DNA of 44,878 nucleotides from Bacteroidota bacterium (GTDB lineage Bacteria; Bacteroidota; Bacteroidia; UBA7662), in contig JAIXRA010000067.1 of assembly GCA_027485465.1 (NCBI GenBank), positions 1 through 44,878 of the forward strand, given 5' to 3'. The notes beneath the pieces are model-generated. The model was not told the origin of the DNA and made no database searches. It was given only the letters and a program-made list of their open reading frames with translations. How positions within the stretch are numbered: the first letter of the stretch is position 1; each line of letters opens with the position of its first letter. Positions 8,989 through 19,301 of the stretch are shown piece after piece. A program made the translations under genes and the position numbers.

Positions 8989-10011
8989 ATGGGATTATTT
9001 GACCTTTTTACGCAGGAGATAGCGATTGACCTGGGCACTGCGAATACACTGATTATTCACAAGGACACCATTGTGGTGGACGAGCCTTCGATTGTGGCCC
9101 TTGACCGAAACACCGGCAAGGTGATTGCAATTGGCAAGAAGGCCCAACAAATGCATGGAAAAACGCACGAGAACATCAAGACGATCCGACCCTTGAGGGA
9201 TGGGGTCATCGCCGATTTCCACGCTGCCGAGCACATGATACGGGGTATGATTAGCATGATTAACCCCACCAAACGATTTTTTGCTCCTTCGCTTCGCATG
9301 GTGGTCTGCATACCCTCGGGAATCACCGAAGTCGAAAAAAGAGCGGTTCGAGACTCCGCCGAACATGCCGGAGCCAAGGAGGTGTACCTGATTCACGAAC
9401 CGATGGCCGCTGCCATTGGTATAGGGATCGATGTCGAAGAACCCAAAGGCAACATGATCATTGATATCGGAGGCGGAACCTCCGAGATTGCGGTCATTGC
9501 CTTGGCAGGTATTGTTTGCGATGAATCCATCCGCGTTGCCGGCGACCAATTCACGGCCGATGTTTTGGAATACGTTCGTCGCCAACACAATATGTTGGTG
9601 GGTGAACGCACCGCCGAAATGATCAAAATCAATATTGGTTCGGCTCTAACCACCTTGGACGATCCGCCGCCGCCTATGATGGTGAGTGGTCGGGATTTGA
9701 TGACCGGTATACCGCGCGAGATTTCCTTGACCTATTCCGAAATCGCAACGGCCTTGGATAAATCCATTTCCAAGGTTGAAGGCGCCATCCTGAAGGCCCT
9801 CGAAATTACCCCCCCGGAATTGGCTTCGGATATTCATGAAACCGGAATTTATTTGACGGGTGGCGGCGCTCTGATCCGTGGGCTTGATAAACGCATAAGC
9901 GCCAAAACCAAACTCAAGGTAATCGTTGCAGAGGACCCACTGCGCGCCGTCGTCCGCGGAACCGGGATTGCCCTCAAGAATATTCATCGTTTCCAATTCC
10001 TGATGACCTGA
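8989..10011 (+). CDS. mreB: Rod shape-determining protein MreB
   Basis: IDLGTANT, EPMAAAIG, DIGGGT and LTGGGALIRG. Confidence 0.98.
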   Translation: MGLFDLFTQEIAIDLGTANTLIIHKDTIVVDEPSIVALDRNTGKVIAIGKKAQQMHGKTHENIKTIRPLRDGVIADFHAAEHMIRGMISMINPTKRFFAPSLRMVVCIPSGITEVEKRAVRDSAEHAGAKEVYLIHEPMAAAIGIGIDVEEPKGNMIIDIGGGTSEIAVIALAGIVCDESIRVAGDQFTADVLEYVRRQHNMLVGERTAEMIKINIGSALTTLDDPPPPMMVSGRDLMTGIPREISLTYSEIATALDKSISKVEGAILKALEITPPELASDIHETGIYLTGGGALIRGLDKRISAKTKLKVIVAEDPLRAVVRGTGIALKNIHRFQFLMT

Positions 10012-10018
10012 TTCCTTC

Positions 10019-10855
10019 ATGGGTGCATTGGCGATTTGGCTGTTCAGGTACAGGTTTTTCTTATGGTTGATTTTCCTCGAATCCATCGGGGCATGGATAA
10101 CATTTTCTGAACAAGCCTATCATCGCAGTCGCCTGAATCAGTGGCAAATAGAGACGGCTGGCTCCTACCAGTCCATGATACACCGGGCGACCCGTTTTTG
10201 GCGCATGGACGATGAAAACCTTCGTCTCAATCAAGAGTTGGCCATGCTTAGGCAAATGATTTCGGATTCCCTTGGGGTCGCGGATTCTCTCCAAAAAACA
10301 AATACGACCGAACCATGGCCGGATACCACCCTACGGGTGGATTTGATCCAATCAGCCCGGGTTCTCTATGCAGGCACCAATGCGCAACACAATTACCTCC
10401 TGCTGGACAAAGGTTCCCTGGACGGTATACAGCCACGGATGGCCGTCGTCCAAGGCCACAAAATCGTAGGCCAGGTGCAGGCCGTTTCGCCGCGCTTTGC
10501 CCGTGTTATTCCTTTGATTAACACAAAATTGCGAACCAGCGCCCTGCACACCGCCTCCCAAACAACCGGGTCCTTGGTTTGGACCGGGGGCTCTACGCGT
10601 TATGCTGAATTAATGGACTTTCCCATTCATATCCCTATCAAGGTAGGCGATTCTCTGGTTAGCAGCACCTATTCATCGGTTTATCCTCCTGGCCTTCGAC
10701 TGGGTCGTATCGACCGAATCGAAACCGTACCCGGTGCCATTACCTACAAAATTCGCGTTATGTTATCGGTCGATTACCACCGCCTGGATCATGTTCAGGT
10801 GATGCGCCCTACGTTTCAAAAAGAGCGCGAAGAGCTCCTACCTGACCAAAATTAA
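10019..10855 (+). CDS. mreC: Rod shape-determining protein MreC
   Basis: N-terminal TM, short coiled coil, LDKGSLDGI and VYPPGLRLG; directly follows mreB. Confidence 0.93.
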   Translation: MGALAIWLFRYRFFLWLIFLESIGAWITFSEQAYHRSRLNQWQIETAGSYQSMIHRATRFWRMDDENLRLNQELAMLRQMISDSLGVADSLQKTNTTEPWPDTTLRVDLIQSARVLYAGTNAQHNYLLLDKGSLDGIQPRMAVVQGHKIVGQVQAVSPRFARVIPLINTKLRTSALHTASQTTGSLVWTGGSTRYAELMDFPIHIPIKVGDSLVSSTYSSVYPPGLRLGRIDRIETVPGAITYKIRVMLSVDYHRLDHVQVMRPTFQKEREELLPDQN

Positions 10856-10870
10856 ACGAAGTAAGGACCC

Positions 10871-11380
10871 ATGAACCGCAGCCCTTGGATTTTGTTGATT
10901 ACGGTCGTGCTCCTGCAAGGTGGCGTCTTCAACCGCATTCATTGGATGGGACTGATCAATCCGATGGTGTACGTGATGGCCTTGGTTTGGCTGCCTCTGG
11001 GTTGGAACCTGGCCTTGCAAATGCTCGTAGCCTTTGGGATCGGCTGGTGGGTCGATAGCTCGCTGCAAAGCGGAGCCATCCACGCGATGGTTTCTACCCT
11101 GGTCATCTACCTTCGCTCCTATTGGATACGGTTGACCGTTTCTCCTGTCACGCTCCAAGATCATCCGGACCCGGACCTGCGGGATCTCGAATTCCGATCC
11201 CTTCTCAGCTATGCGGGCGGCCTGATCTTTATCCATCACGCAGCCTTGTACCTTCTCGAAAGCCTACGCTTGGCCCATTGGGGCTATGCCCTACTCAAAG
11301 CTTTTGCGAGTTCCACCTTGGTCTTTGGTCTCCTCTGGTCGATTCTGCAATGGACCAACCAAACCAAGTCAGCGCGTTAA
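10871..11380 (+). CDS. mreD: Rod shape-determining protein MreD
   Basis: 169-aa polytopic membrane protein between mreC and mrdA, with INPMVY and FIHH motifs. Confidence 0.85.
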   Translation: MNRSPWILLITVVLLQGGVFNRIHWMGLINPMVYVMALVWLPLGWNLALQMLVAFGIGWWVDSSLQSGAIHAMVSTLVIYLRSYWIRLTVSPVTLQDHPDPDLRDLEFRSLLSYAGGLIFIHHAALYLLESLRLAHWGYALLKAFASSTLVFGLLWSILQWTNQTKSAR

Positions 11381-11393
11381 AAGGTTCAGCGCC

Positions 11394-13265
11394 ATGAACC
11401 CATCCTACAACAAGGAACCCGCTATCGAAAACCGCACCATGGTCTTGGTGTGGACGGTGGTTGTGGTTTTGGCTATTTTTTTGATCCGACTCCTCACGGT
11501 CCAAATCCTGGATCACAAATACCATGAATTAGCGCAACAAAATGCCATCCGAAGAGTCAACGCCTATGCCCCCAGAGGCATCATTTTTGACCGCAACGGC
11601 AAAAAAATCGTCGTCAACCGTCCGATCTACGATTTGATGGTGGTTCCCGGTGAATTGCCTCAACCGTTGGATACCGCTCGTCTGGCTGATTTGATCCGCT
11701 TGCCGTTGGACGAACTTGTTTTGAGACTCCGCAAGGCTACGACCTATTCCCGCTTTCGTCCCACCCTGTTGCATTCCCAGATTCGGGTTGAGGATTTTGC
11801 GCAAATCCAGGAAGGACTCCACGATTTTAGCGGAATCTATGCGGAAACCCGAACCGTCCGTACCTACCTCTATCCTGCGGCAGCTCATGCCCTGGGGTAT
11901 GTTGGCGAAGCCTCCCCTGAATTGATCGAAAAATCCAATGGAGAATACAATGCCGGGGACTATGTTGGCATCAGCGGCTTAGAGAAAACCTACGAGAACT
12001 ACCTCAAAGGCAAGCGGGGGGTTCAGTACCGGTATGTGGATGTTCACAACCGCGAAGTGGGTCGTTACAAAGACGGGGCATTTGACTCCCTCCCCATCCC
12101 GGGTGAAGACCTTCATCTGGGTTTGGATATTGAGCTTCAAGTGTATGCCGAACAATTGATGGCCAACAAAAGAGGATCGGTGGTGGCTATTGACCCATCG
12201 ACGGGTGAGATCCTCACCATGGTATCCACGCCTTCTTACGACCCGGCCTTGCTGGTGGGCAATGTCCGAGGCAAAAACTATCGCCGCCTCCAAAAGGACC
12301 CGCTCAAACCTCTTTTTAATCGACCCCTTCAAGCCATGTACCCTCCAGGCTCCATCGTCAAATCTCTTCAGGCTTTGATTGGCCAAGAACTGGGGCTGAT
12401 TGGTCCTGAAACCCGTTTTCCATGCGGTGGCGGTTACGCCATCGCCGGACATGTTGTCAAATGCACCCACAAACACGTGGCCCTCAACCTCGAAGAGTCC
12501 ATCCAGCTTTCGTGCAACCCCTACTATTGTTATGTCTTCAAGGCCATGGTTGACCAAAACCGAGGCCTCAAGCCAAGAGACGGCTACAAGGTTTGGTTCG
12601 ACTACATGCAAAAGTTTAACATTGGACGCAAGTGTGAAATCGACTTGCCCAATGAACGGAAAGGGATTCTTCCCAGCCCCGAATACTACGATAAAATTTA
12701 CGGCAAAAATCGATGGAAATCATCCACCATCATTTCCCTATCCATAGGACAAGGGGAGTTTGGAATTACGCCCCTTCAAATGGCCCATACCATGGCCATC
12801 TTTGCCAACAAAGGAAAATACCACGCCCCCCACCTCGTGAGGAGTATCGGTGTCACCGGTCAGAAAAAAATGAAATACCGGCAAATCTATCAAATACCGG
12901 TTCAAGCCAGGCATTTCAATGTGGTTCAAGATGCCATGCAGAAAGTTGTGGACATGGGAACCGCCACGGCCTACGGCAAAATTGACAGCATCGTGGTTTG
13001 CGGAAAAACCGGAACAGCCCAAAATCCTCACGGCGAGGACCACGCTGTCTTCGTCTGCTTCGCACCCCGCGATAACCCCAAGATTGCGATCGCGGTCGTT
13101 GTCGAAAACGCCGGATTCGGAGGTGTTTGGGCGGCACCGGTGGCGAGCCTTATGATCGAAAAATACCTCCGGGGAGGGACCCGGCGCACCGAACTCGAAG
13201 AACGCCTCCTCAAAGCCCGCATCTTACCGGCTGGCATGGACACTGCCTCAACCAAACGCTTATGA
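11394..13265 (+). CDS. mrdA: Penicillin-binding protein 2
   Basis: TM anchor, PRGIIFDRNG, SxxK (GSIVK), SxN (SCN) and KTG; start moved to ATG 11394. Confidence 0.96.
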   Translation: MNPSYNKEPAIENRTMVLVWTVVVVLAIFLIRLLTVQILDHKYHELAQQNAIRRVNAYAPRGIIFDRNGKKIVVNRPIYDLMVVPGELPQPLDTARLADLIRLPLDELVLRLRKATTYSRFRPTLLHSQIRVEDFAQIQEGLHDFSGIYAETRTVRTYLYPAAAHALGYVGEASPELIEKSNGEYNAGDYVGISGLEKTYENYLKGKRGVQYRYVDVHNREVGRYKDGAFDSLPIPGEDLHLGLDIELQVYAEQLMANKRGSVVAIDPSTGEILTMVSTPSYDPALLVGNVRGKNYRRLQKDPLKPLFNRPLQAMYPPGSIVKSLQALIGQELGLIGPETRFPCGGGYAIAGHVVKCTHKHVALNLEESIQLSCNPYYCYVFKAMVDQNRGLKPRDGYKVWFDYMQKFNIGRKCEIDLPNERKGILPSPEYYDKIYGKNRWKSSTIISLSIGQGEFGITPLQMAHTMAIFANKGKYHAPHLVRSIGVTGQKKMKYRQIYQIPVQARHFNVVQDAMQKVVDMGTATAYGKIDSIVVCGKTGTAQNPHGEDHAVFVCFAPRDNPKIAIAVVVENAGFGGVWAAPVASLMIEKYLRGGTRRTELEERLLKARILPAGMDTASTKRL

Positions 13266-14533
13266 GTGTCGTTCGTGAAGAAAAAAGTGTCTTTCAGTTC
13301 ATCGACAAACCTTTGTTATGGACTTATGCGGCGCTTTGTCTGATTGGATGGATCGCTATCTATGCGGCGGTTTACAATCCTTCGCATCGCCACCTTTGGG
13401 ACCTGGATCAGAACTACGGCAAACAGATGGTTTGGATCCTGAGTTCGTGGGGTATCATGATTGTGATTCTTTCGGTACACCCACGGATTTTTTATCATAG
13501 CAGTCCCGTCATTTATTTGATTACCATGGTTTTGGGGCTTGCTGTGGCCTTTTTGGGTCGAGAAGTCAACGGTGCAAGGGCCTGGTTCGAAGTGGGCAGT
13601 TTTCGCTTGCAGCCTGCTGAGTTTATGAAACTTAGTACAGCCCTGATGGTTGCCTATTTTTTTGCAAATCGCCCGGTGCGCTTGGATCGCTTTTCGTCCC
13701 AGCTTTTGGCAGGCCTGTGGTTATTGATTCCCGTTGTTTTATTGCTCCTTCAGAAGGATACCGGCAGCGCTTTGGTTTATGTGGCCTTTGTTTTGGTTTT
13801 TTACCGCGAGGGCCTTTCGGTGAATTACCTACTGTTCGGTTTGGCTTCGGCCTTTGTCTCGGTTCTCACCCTGTGGCTGGGAGCGAATACCATGGCCATC
13901 GTCCTTCCAGCGACCGCCCTGCTCTATGTGGTGATGGCCGCCAACAGCCGCAAAGCGGCTTTGGTTTCGATTCGATACTTGATTCCTGCGTTGGCTCTGG
14001 TCCTCGCCGTGGGCTACGCCTTTGACAATATCCTGCTCCCCCACCAAAAGCAACGCATCCTCGTCTTGTTGGGCAAAGTGGACGATCTGCGCGGAGCCGG
14101 TTACAATGTGCATCAATCCTTGATCGCTATTGGTTCCGGGGGGTTGTGGGGCAAAGGTTTTTTGCAGGGAACCCAAACGAAATTTGACTTTGTTCCGGAA
14201 CAAAGCACCGACTTTATTTTTTGTACCATCGCTGAAGAATACGGATTTTGGGGCAGTACCCTGCTCTTAGCCCTGTTTGGGTTTTTGCTGATTCGGATTT
14301 TTCAGATTGCCGAGCGCCAACCGGGGACCTTTGGCAGGGTCTATGGCTACGGAATCGGTTGCATTCTGTTTTTGCACGTAACGATTAATATTGGTATGAC
14401 CCTGGGGCTCTTGCCGGTCATCGGGATTCCCCTCCCCCTGATTAGCTATGGAGGCTCCTCCCTTTGGTCCTTTACAGCCATGATTGCGATCCTTCTCCGG
14501 TTGGACAGTGGGCGCATGTTGGGAATACGCTAA
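13262..14533 (+). CDS. rodA: SEDS peptidoglycan glycosyltransferase RodA
   Basis: GARAWF, QPAEFMK, PEQSTDFIF and PLPLISYGGSS; ATG 13262 overlaps the mrdA stop. Confidence 0.96.
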   Translation: MSVVREEKSVFQFIDKPLLWTYAALCLIGWIAIYAAVYNPSHRHLWDLDQNYGKQMVWILSSWGIMIVILSVHPRIFYHSSPVIYLITMVLGLAVAFLGREVNGARAWFEVGSFRLQPAEFMKLSTALMVAYFFANRPVRLDRFSSQLLAGLWLLIPVVLLLLQKDTGSALVYVAFVLVFYREGLSVNYLLFGLASAFVSVLTLWLGANTMAIVLPATALLYVVMAANSRKAALVSIRYLIPALALVLAVGYAFDNILLPHQKQRILVLLGKVDDLRGAGYNVHQSLIAIGSGGLWGKGFLQGTQTKFDFVPEQSTDFIFCTIAEEYGFWGSTLLLALFGFLLIRIFQIAERQPGTFGRVYGYGIGCILFLHVTINIGMTLGLLPVIGIPLPLISYGGSSLWSFTAMIAILLRLDSGRMLGIR

Positions 14534-14574
14534 AACCTTTGGGGCTACGAGGGGTTCTACCTAAAACCAAAACA

Positions 14575-14739
14575 ATGTCCAAATTCCTTCGGTATTTTGT
14601 AGAGGTCTTCCGGACTGGAGGAGCCCATCGCAGCGGCAATTTTAACCTGCGCATGATGCATGGGATTAACCGAATCAGCATCCTCATGTTCATCGCAGGG
14701 GTTTTGGTGCTGGTTTTTAGGTCCTGCGCTCGGGGTTAG
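14575..14739 (+). CDS. Small Bacteroidota membrane protein (probably DUF6728 family)
   Basis: 54 aa with NFNLRMMHGINRISILMF followed by one TM helix; A-rich context before the ATG. Family assignment is from memory of the MHGINxIS motif. Confidence 0.75.
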   Translation: MSKFLRYFVEVFRTGGAHRSGNFNLRMMHGINRISILMFIAGVLVLVFRSCARG

Positions 14740-14740
14740 G

Positions 14741-16846
14741 TCAAGAAATCTTGCTCCAATTTTTGCTTTTACCGTAAAAGCGATCGTAGGCCAAAGCCAA
14801 ACGACCCATGGTTTCACCTGTTGCTTGGGGATCGGCCTCCATAATTTGGCGAGCATAATCACGAGCCTTTTCCATGGTTTCCCCATCGTGAACCAAATCC
14901 GCGTATTTGAGTTCCATCACCCCGCTTTGTTGAGTGCCCGCCATATCTCCGGGACCGCGTAATTGCAAATCCATTTCGGCAATCAGAAACCCGTCGGTGG
15001 TCGATGCCAAGGCATCCAATCGCTGCTTGGCCTGTTCCGAAGGTCGGTCTTTGTGCATCAAGAGGCAGTAACTCTGCTCGGAACCCCGGCCCACGCGACC
15101 ACGCAATTGATGGAGTTGGGCCAGCCCAAATCGCTCCGCATTCTCAATCACCATGACGGTCGCATTGGGCACATTGACCCCCACTTCTATAACGGTTGTA
15201 GCCACCAGTAACTGGGCCTTACCACTCACAAATCGTTGCATTTCAAGGTCCCGATCGGCGCCTTTCATTTGGCCATGCACCACAGCCAATTCAAATTCTG
15301 GGCGCGGAAAGGCCCGTATCATGGCTTCGTATCCGTCGTAAAGGAACTTAATGTCTTGGTCCTCGGTCTCCCGTATCGCAGGGTAAACCACGTAAACCTG
15401 GCGGCCGGCCCGCATTTGTTCAGCAAGGAAAGCAAACATTTTGAGACGTTTGGCCTCGGGAGTCACCACGGTGCGGATGGCCCTGCGACCAGCAGGCAAT
15501 TGATTCATCACAGACACCTCCAAATCTCCGTAGCGGGTCATCGCAAGGGTACGGGGAATCGGAGTGGCCGTCATCACCAAAACATGGGGCGGAATCCGGG
15601 ATTTGGCCCATAACATGGCCCTTTGTTCCACCCCAAAACGATGCTGCTCATCGATAACAGCCAAACCCAAATTCTTGAATCGCACATGTTCCTGAATCAG
15701 GGCATGGGTCCCCACCAAAATCTGAAGGTCGCCGTTGTACAAATCTTCGAGCAATTGTCGTCGGGTTGCCCCTTTGACTTGACCGGTTAACAAACCAATC
15801 CGAACCGGTAAATCGCCCAAAAACTGAGTGAGGGATACCAAGTGCTGGCGGGCCAATAACTCCGTAGGAGCCATCATGCAAGCCTGAAATCCGTTATCCA
15901 CCGCCAAAAGCATGCTCATCAAAGCCACCAAGGTCTTGCCACTCCCCACATCACCCTGCAAAAGTCGGTTCATTTGGGTACCTGCCTTGAGGTCTGCCCG
16001 AATTTCTTTGAGGACCTTTTTTTGGGCGTCGGTCAATTCAAAGGGCAGGCATCGATGATAAAAATCATGAAACAAGTCCCCTACCTTTTCCAATCGATGA
16101 CCTGGATTGCGGATTTTGCGTAGACTACGAATCCTTAAGACCCCCCATTGTAAAAAAAACAATTCCTCCAACTTAAACCGACGCAAAGCCGTTCGCAGCT
16201 CTTCGTTGCTCTCCGGAAAATGCGCATGTTTCATCGCTTCGCTACGTTGCGGTAATTTTTCTGCGTCAAGGATGAATCGAGGCAAAATTTCAGCGATCGA
16301 GCCACTAACCTGTTCCAGGGTTTGTTGAACCATCGAAATCCACCAACGATTGCTCAATCCACGTTGCTTGAGTTTCTCGGAAATCGGATAAACAGGACTG
16401 AGGGATGCACCCCCGCTTTTGGTCCACTCAGTCCAAAGCGTTAATTCGGGATGAGCCATTTGCAATTGCCCTTTGTAACGGCTCACCTTGCCAAAAATCA
16501 AATACTCATCCCCAGGCTTAACGGCCGATTCCACCCAACGAAGGGACTGAAACCATACAAGTTCCAACCATCCGTGTCCATCGGTGACGGTCGCAACCAG
16601 TCGCTGAGCTTTGCCGAGCCCTACCTTTTCGATCCGTATCACCTTACCTCGGGTTTGCAGCGCTGCTGGGCCTTCGTCCAAAGATTGCAGAGGATATACC
16701 TCGGAACGATCCAGGTATCGACTCGGAAAAAAAGCCAAAAAATCATGAAAGGAAACCAGGCCTAATTCGTCGCGGATCCAGGCTGCACGCTGTGGGCCCA
16801 TTCCTTTGAGATAGGCCAAATCATAAAACAAAGGATGTTCCGTCAT
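14741..16846 (-). CDS. recG: ATP-dependent DNA helicase RecG
   Basis: RLLQGDVGSGKT, DEQHRFGV, MTATPIPRTL, QLHQLRGRVGRG and DLQLRGPG. Confidence 0.98.
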   Translation of the reverse strand: MTEHPLFYDLAYLKGMGPQRAAWIRDELGLVSFHDFLAFFPSRYLDRSEVYPLQSLDEGPAALQTRGKVIRIEKVGLGKAQRLVATVTDGHGWLELVWFQSLRWVESAVKPGDEYLIFGKVSRYKGQLQMAHPELTLWTEWTKSGGASLSPVYPISEKLKQRGLSNRWWISMVQQTLEQVSGSIAEILPRFILDAEKLPQRSEAMKHAHFPESNEELRTALRRFKLEELFFLQWGVLRIRSLRKIRNPGHRLEKVGDLFHDFYHRCLPFELTDAQKKVLKEIRADLKAGTQMNRLLQGDVGSGKTLVALMSMLLAVDNGFQACMMAPTELLARQHLVSLTQFLGDLPVRIGLLTGQVKGATRRQLLEDLYNGDLQILVGTHALIQEHVRFKNLGLAVIDEQHRFGVEQRAMLWAKSRIPPHVLVMTATPIPRTLAMTRYGDLEVSVMNQLPAGRRAIRTVVTPEAKRLKMFAFLAEQMRAGRQVYVVYPAIRETEDQDIKFLYDGYEAMIRAFPRPEFELAVVHGQMKGADRDLEMQRFVSGKAQLLVATTVIEVGVNVPNATVMVIENAERFGLAQLHQLRGRVGRGSEQSYCLLMHKDRPSEQAKQRLDALASTTDGFLIAEMDLQLRGPGDMAGTQQSGVMELKYADLVHDGETMEKARDYARQIMEADPQATGETMGRLALAYDRFYGKSKNWSKIS

Positions 16847-16861
16847 ACGAAACGCAATCGA

Positions 16862-17539
16862 TCAACCGCCTTTGGGCGACCACTTGAGGGTAGACAACAC
16901 ATGAAGTACGTCTTCCAGGATATAATCCGAATATGGTTGCAACGAATCCGCATTCGGCGTAGCCCCAAAATAGAGCGATCCCCTCAAATAATGCCGAATT
17001 GAATCCGTAACATAAAATTGCGTTTGACTGGCCGCATTACCCCTCACGGTGTATAACATTCCGTGGACCTTATGTTCAGGGTATCGAACCAAGGTCTCCT
17101 CGATACCCGATGCCTTGAGGGTATGTTTGAAAGTCATACGCTGGGTTTCGGCCATCAAAACCGCTAAGGCATCGGCCACGCGGACTTGTTGACCATTCCC
17201 ATAGTAGATACTGTTCAACGGATGATACGAAAGGTGGACCTGGGCCTTGAGTTCAGGGTACTCCAGATTCATCCACAAGGTCCCCTCTTGTTGGGGGCGA
17301 TTCCCTTCCGTAGGGTTCCCTGACCCCGAAGGCAGAAGCCTAGGCACGGAGGCGGCATTGTATTCAAAGTGGGCAGGGAAACCGGGTTGCTGGCATGTTG
17401 CCCACTGCCTTTTGGGCAAGACGGCTTTGGCATAACCGTAAGGTCTGGCCACCGGATCCTCACCGGTGCAAGCGAAAGAAAGTCCCAGAACCAGGAGAGT
17501 CCCAACGATGTTTTTAAGCAACGTAATCGTTGGCCGCAT
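16862..17539 (-). CDS. gldD: Gliding motility lipoprotein GldD
   Basis: Lipobox-like SFAC, RPYGY, KHTLKASGI, GNAASQTQFYVTDSIRHYLRGSLYF and PNADSL; lies downstream of gldE. Confidence 0.9.
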   Translation of the reverse strand: MRPTITLLKNIVGTLLVLGLSFACTGEDPVARPYGYAKAVLPKRQWATCQQPGFPAHFEYNAASVPRLLPSGSGNPTEGNRPQQEGTLWMNLEYPELKAQVHLSYHPLNSIYYGNGQQVRVADALAVLMAETQRMTFKHTLKASGIEETLVRYPEHKVHGMLYTVRGNAASQTQFYVTDSIRHYLRGSLYFGATPNADSLQPYSDYILEDVLHVLSTLKWSPKGG

Positions 17540-18845
17540 GGGGGTTGCGCTTTAGGTGAACCGAAACAATCTTGCGGGCATCCGCTTGCAGGACCAAGAA
17601 TTCAAAACCTCGGTGCAGAAGGACCTCTCCTTGCGCCGGGATACGGCCTTCAAGCTCCAAAATCAAACCGGCCATCGTTTCAACGCCCTCCAACTTTTCG
17701 GAAAATTCGGACCAGTCCCAGCCGGTCTCTCTGGACAAATCCTGCAAGAGCATTTTGCCGGCCACCCAGTATTGATCGGTATCAATTTTGCGGCAAAGTC
17801 TTTGTTCATCGGTATCGAATTCGTCCTGAATTTCTCCGACGATTTGCTCCAGAATATCCTCCAAGGTAACCAATCCCGAAACCCCGCCGTATTCATCAAT
17901 GGCCAGAGCCATGTGCATTCGTCTGGATTTGAATTCCCGAAACAAATCATCAATATGTTTGGTATCGGGAACCACAAAAGGTTTGCGCAACAATTCCTGC
18001 CACCTGAAATTGCGACCTTGATTGAGCCTCGTAAACAAGTCTTTGAGATACAAAATACCGACCATTTGATCCATGGATTCACTGAAAACGGGAACCCTCG
18101 AATACCCCCAGTCTCGAAGCAGGGGGAGTATCTCTTCCAGCGAACTTTTGGAATCCAAGGCTTTGATTTCGAGACGGGGAACCATAATCTGCCTCACCTC
18201 CAATTCGCCAAAATTCACAATGCCTTTGAGCAATTCTTTTTCGGAACCACTACGGGCCTGTTCCTGACCAAAGGTCAAATCAATCGCCTGATTAATTTCG
18301 TCTTTGGAGAGTTGGGTTTGCTTGCGGACAATCCATCGATCCAAAAGTCCCGTACTATTAATGAGAACCCAAATAATGGGGCGAAAAATCAATTCCGAAA
18401 TTTGCAAAGGCATTGAAAACCATAGGGCTACGCTCAAAGGATTCCTCGACGCATAGACTTTGGGAATGACCTCTCCCACAAAAACAATCAGGGCTGTAAC
18501 AACAAAAGTCTGCAATACGGCCGGAATCCAAGGATAGGGACCAAAATCCAGGACCTTGAAGAACATAAAATAAAAGAGAAGTATAATGGTAAGGTTCACT
18601 ACATTGTTGCCAATAAGCAGATTGGCTAACAAGCGCCTGGGATCCGAGAGATGCCGTAGGATGCGACGATGGCCGGCGGATGCAGACGTTCGTAATAAAT
18701 CGATCTGCGCTTTGGTCAACGAAAAATAGGCCGTCTCCCCTGCCGAGAACATGGCCGAACAAAGAAGGAAGAATAGAATTAAAGGAGGTAAAGACCAAAA
18801 GGTCGAATCGAATCCGGTTAGGTATTGTTCAGGAGGGTCGTCCAT
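17514..18845 (-). CDS. gldE: Gliding motility-associated protein GldE (CNNM/CBS/CorC-HlyC hemolysin-like)
   Basis: SAGETAYFSL, GEVIPK, CBS pair (YSRVPV, DEYGGVSGLVTLEDILEQIVGEIQDEFD); mutY-ssb-gldE-gldD gene order. Confidence 0.9.
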   Translation of the reverse strand: MDDPPEQYLTGFDSTFWSLPPLILFFLLCSAMFSAGETAYFSLTKAQIDLLRTSASAGHRRILRHLSDPRRLLANLLIGNNVVNLTIILLFYFMFFKVLDFGPYPWIPAVLQTFVVTALIVFVGEVIPKVYASRNPLSVALWFSMPLQISELIFRPIIWVLINSTGLLDRWIVRKQTQLSKDEINQAIDLTFGQEQARSGSEKELLKGIVNFGELEVRQIMVPRLEIKALDSKSSLEEILPLLRDWGYSRVPVFSESMDQMVGILYLKDLFTRLNQGRNFRWQELLRKPFVVPDTKHIDDLFREFKSRRMHMALAIDEYGGVSGLVTLEDILEQIVGEIQDEFDTDEQRLCRKIDTDQYWVAGKMLLQDLSRETGWDWSEFSEKLEGVETMAGLILELEGRIPAQGEVLLHRGFEFLVLQADARKIVSVHLKRNPHAANDYVA

Positions 18846-18861
18846 AGGGGTTTTAATGAAC

Positions 18862-18869
18862 CAAAAATA
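18862..18869 (-). promoter_or_regulatory. Internal -7 promoter element for gldE-gldD-recG
   Basis: TATTTTTG immediately after the ssb stop, 16 nt before the gldE ATG. Confidence 0.5.
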
Positions 18870-19301
18870 TCAATACGGCAAATCATTCACCGCATCGGAG
18901 GAGCGATCCACGGACCCCAAATCACCGGGGGCTGTAGGCTTGGGGGGGTGTGCGGAACTTGATGTGGAATCGGAACGTGACAAAAGTACCATATTGTCTC
19001 CGATGATCTCGGTTGTATAACGGGTGTGGCCATCTTTGTCGTCCCATTTACGGGTAGACAAACGGCCTTCGATGTAGACTTGTCCGCCTTTACGGCAATA
19101 CAATTCGGCCACATCGGCCAAACCTCTCCACAAAACGATGTTGTGCCATTCGGTCCTGGATTGTTTGTTCCCGTCCCTGTCTTTGTAGGTTTCGGTGGTG
19201 GCCAAAGGAAACGTGGCGATTTTGGCCCCGTTGTCAAGGGTTTTGACTTCGGGGTCCTTGCCTAGGTTGCCGATGAGCATGGCTTTGTTGAGTCCTCCCA
19301 T
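18870..19301 (-). CDS. ssb: Single-stranded DNA-binding protein
   Basis: LNKAMLIGNLGKDPE, TEWHNIV, YIEGRL and acidic tail NDLPY; start at ATG 19301. Confidence 0.97.
   Translation of the reverse strand: MGGLNKAMLIGNLGKDPEVKTLDNGAKIATFPLATTETYKDRDGNKQSRTEWHNIVLWRGLADVAELYCRKGGQVYIEGRLSTRKWDDKDGHTRYTTEIIGDNMVLLSRSDSTSSSAHPPKPTAPGDLGSVDRSSDAVNDLPY

Noticed and set aside
17556-18416. 286-aa antisense ORF over gldE
   Set aside because: Mirror-frame shadow of gldE with no domain signal. The same applies to the many other short ORFs nested in real genes.
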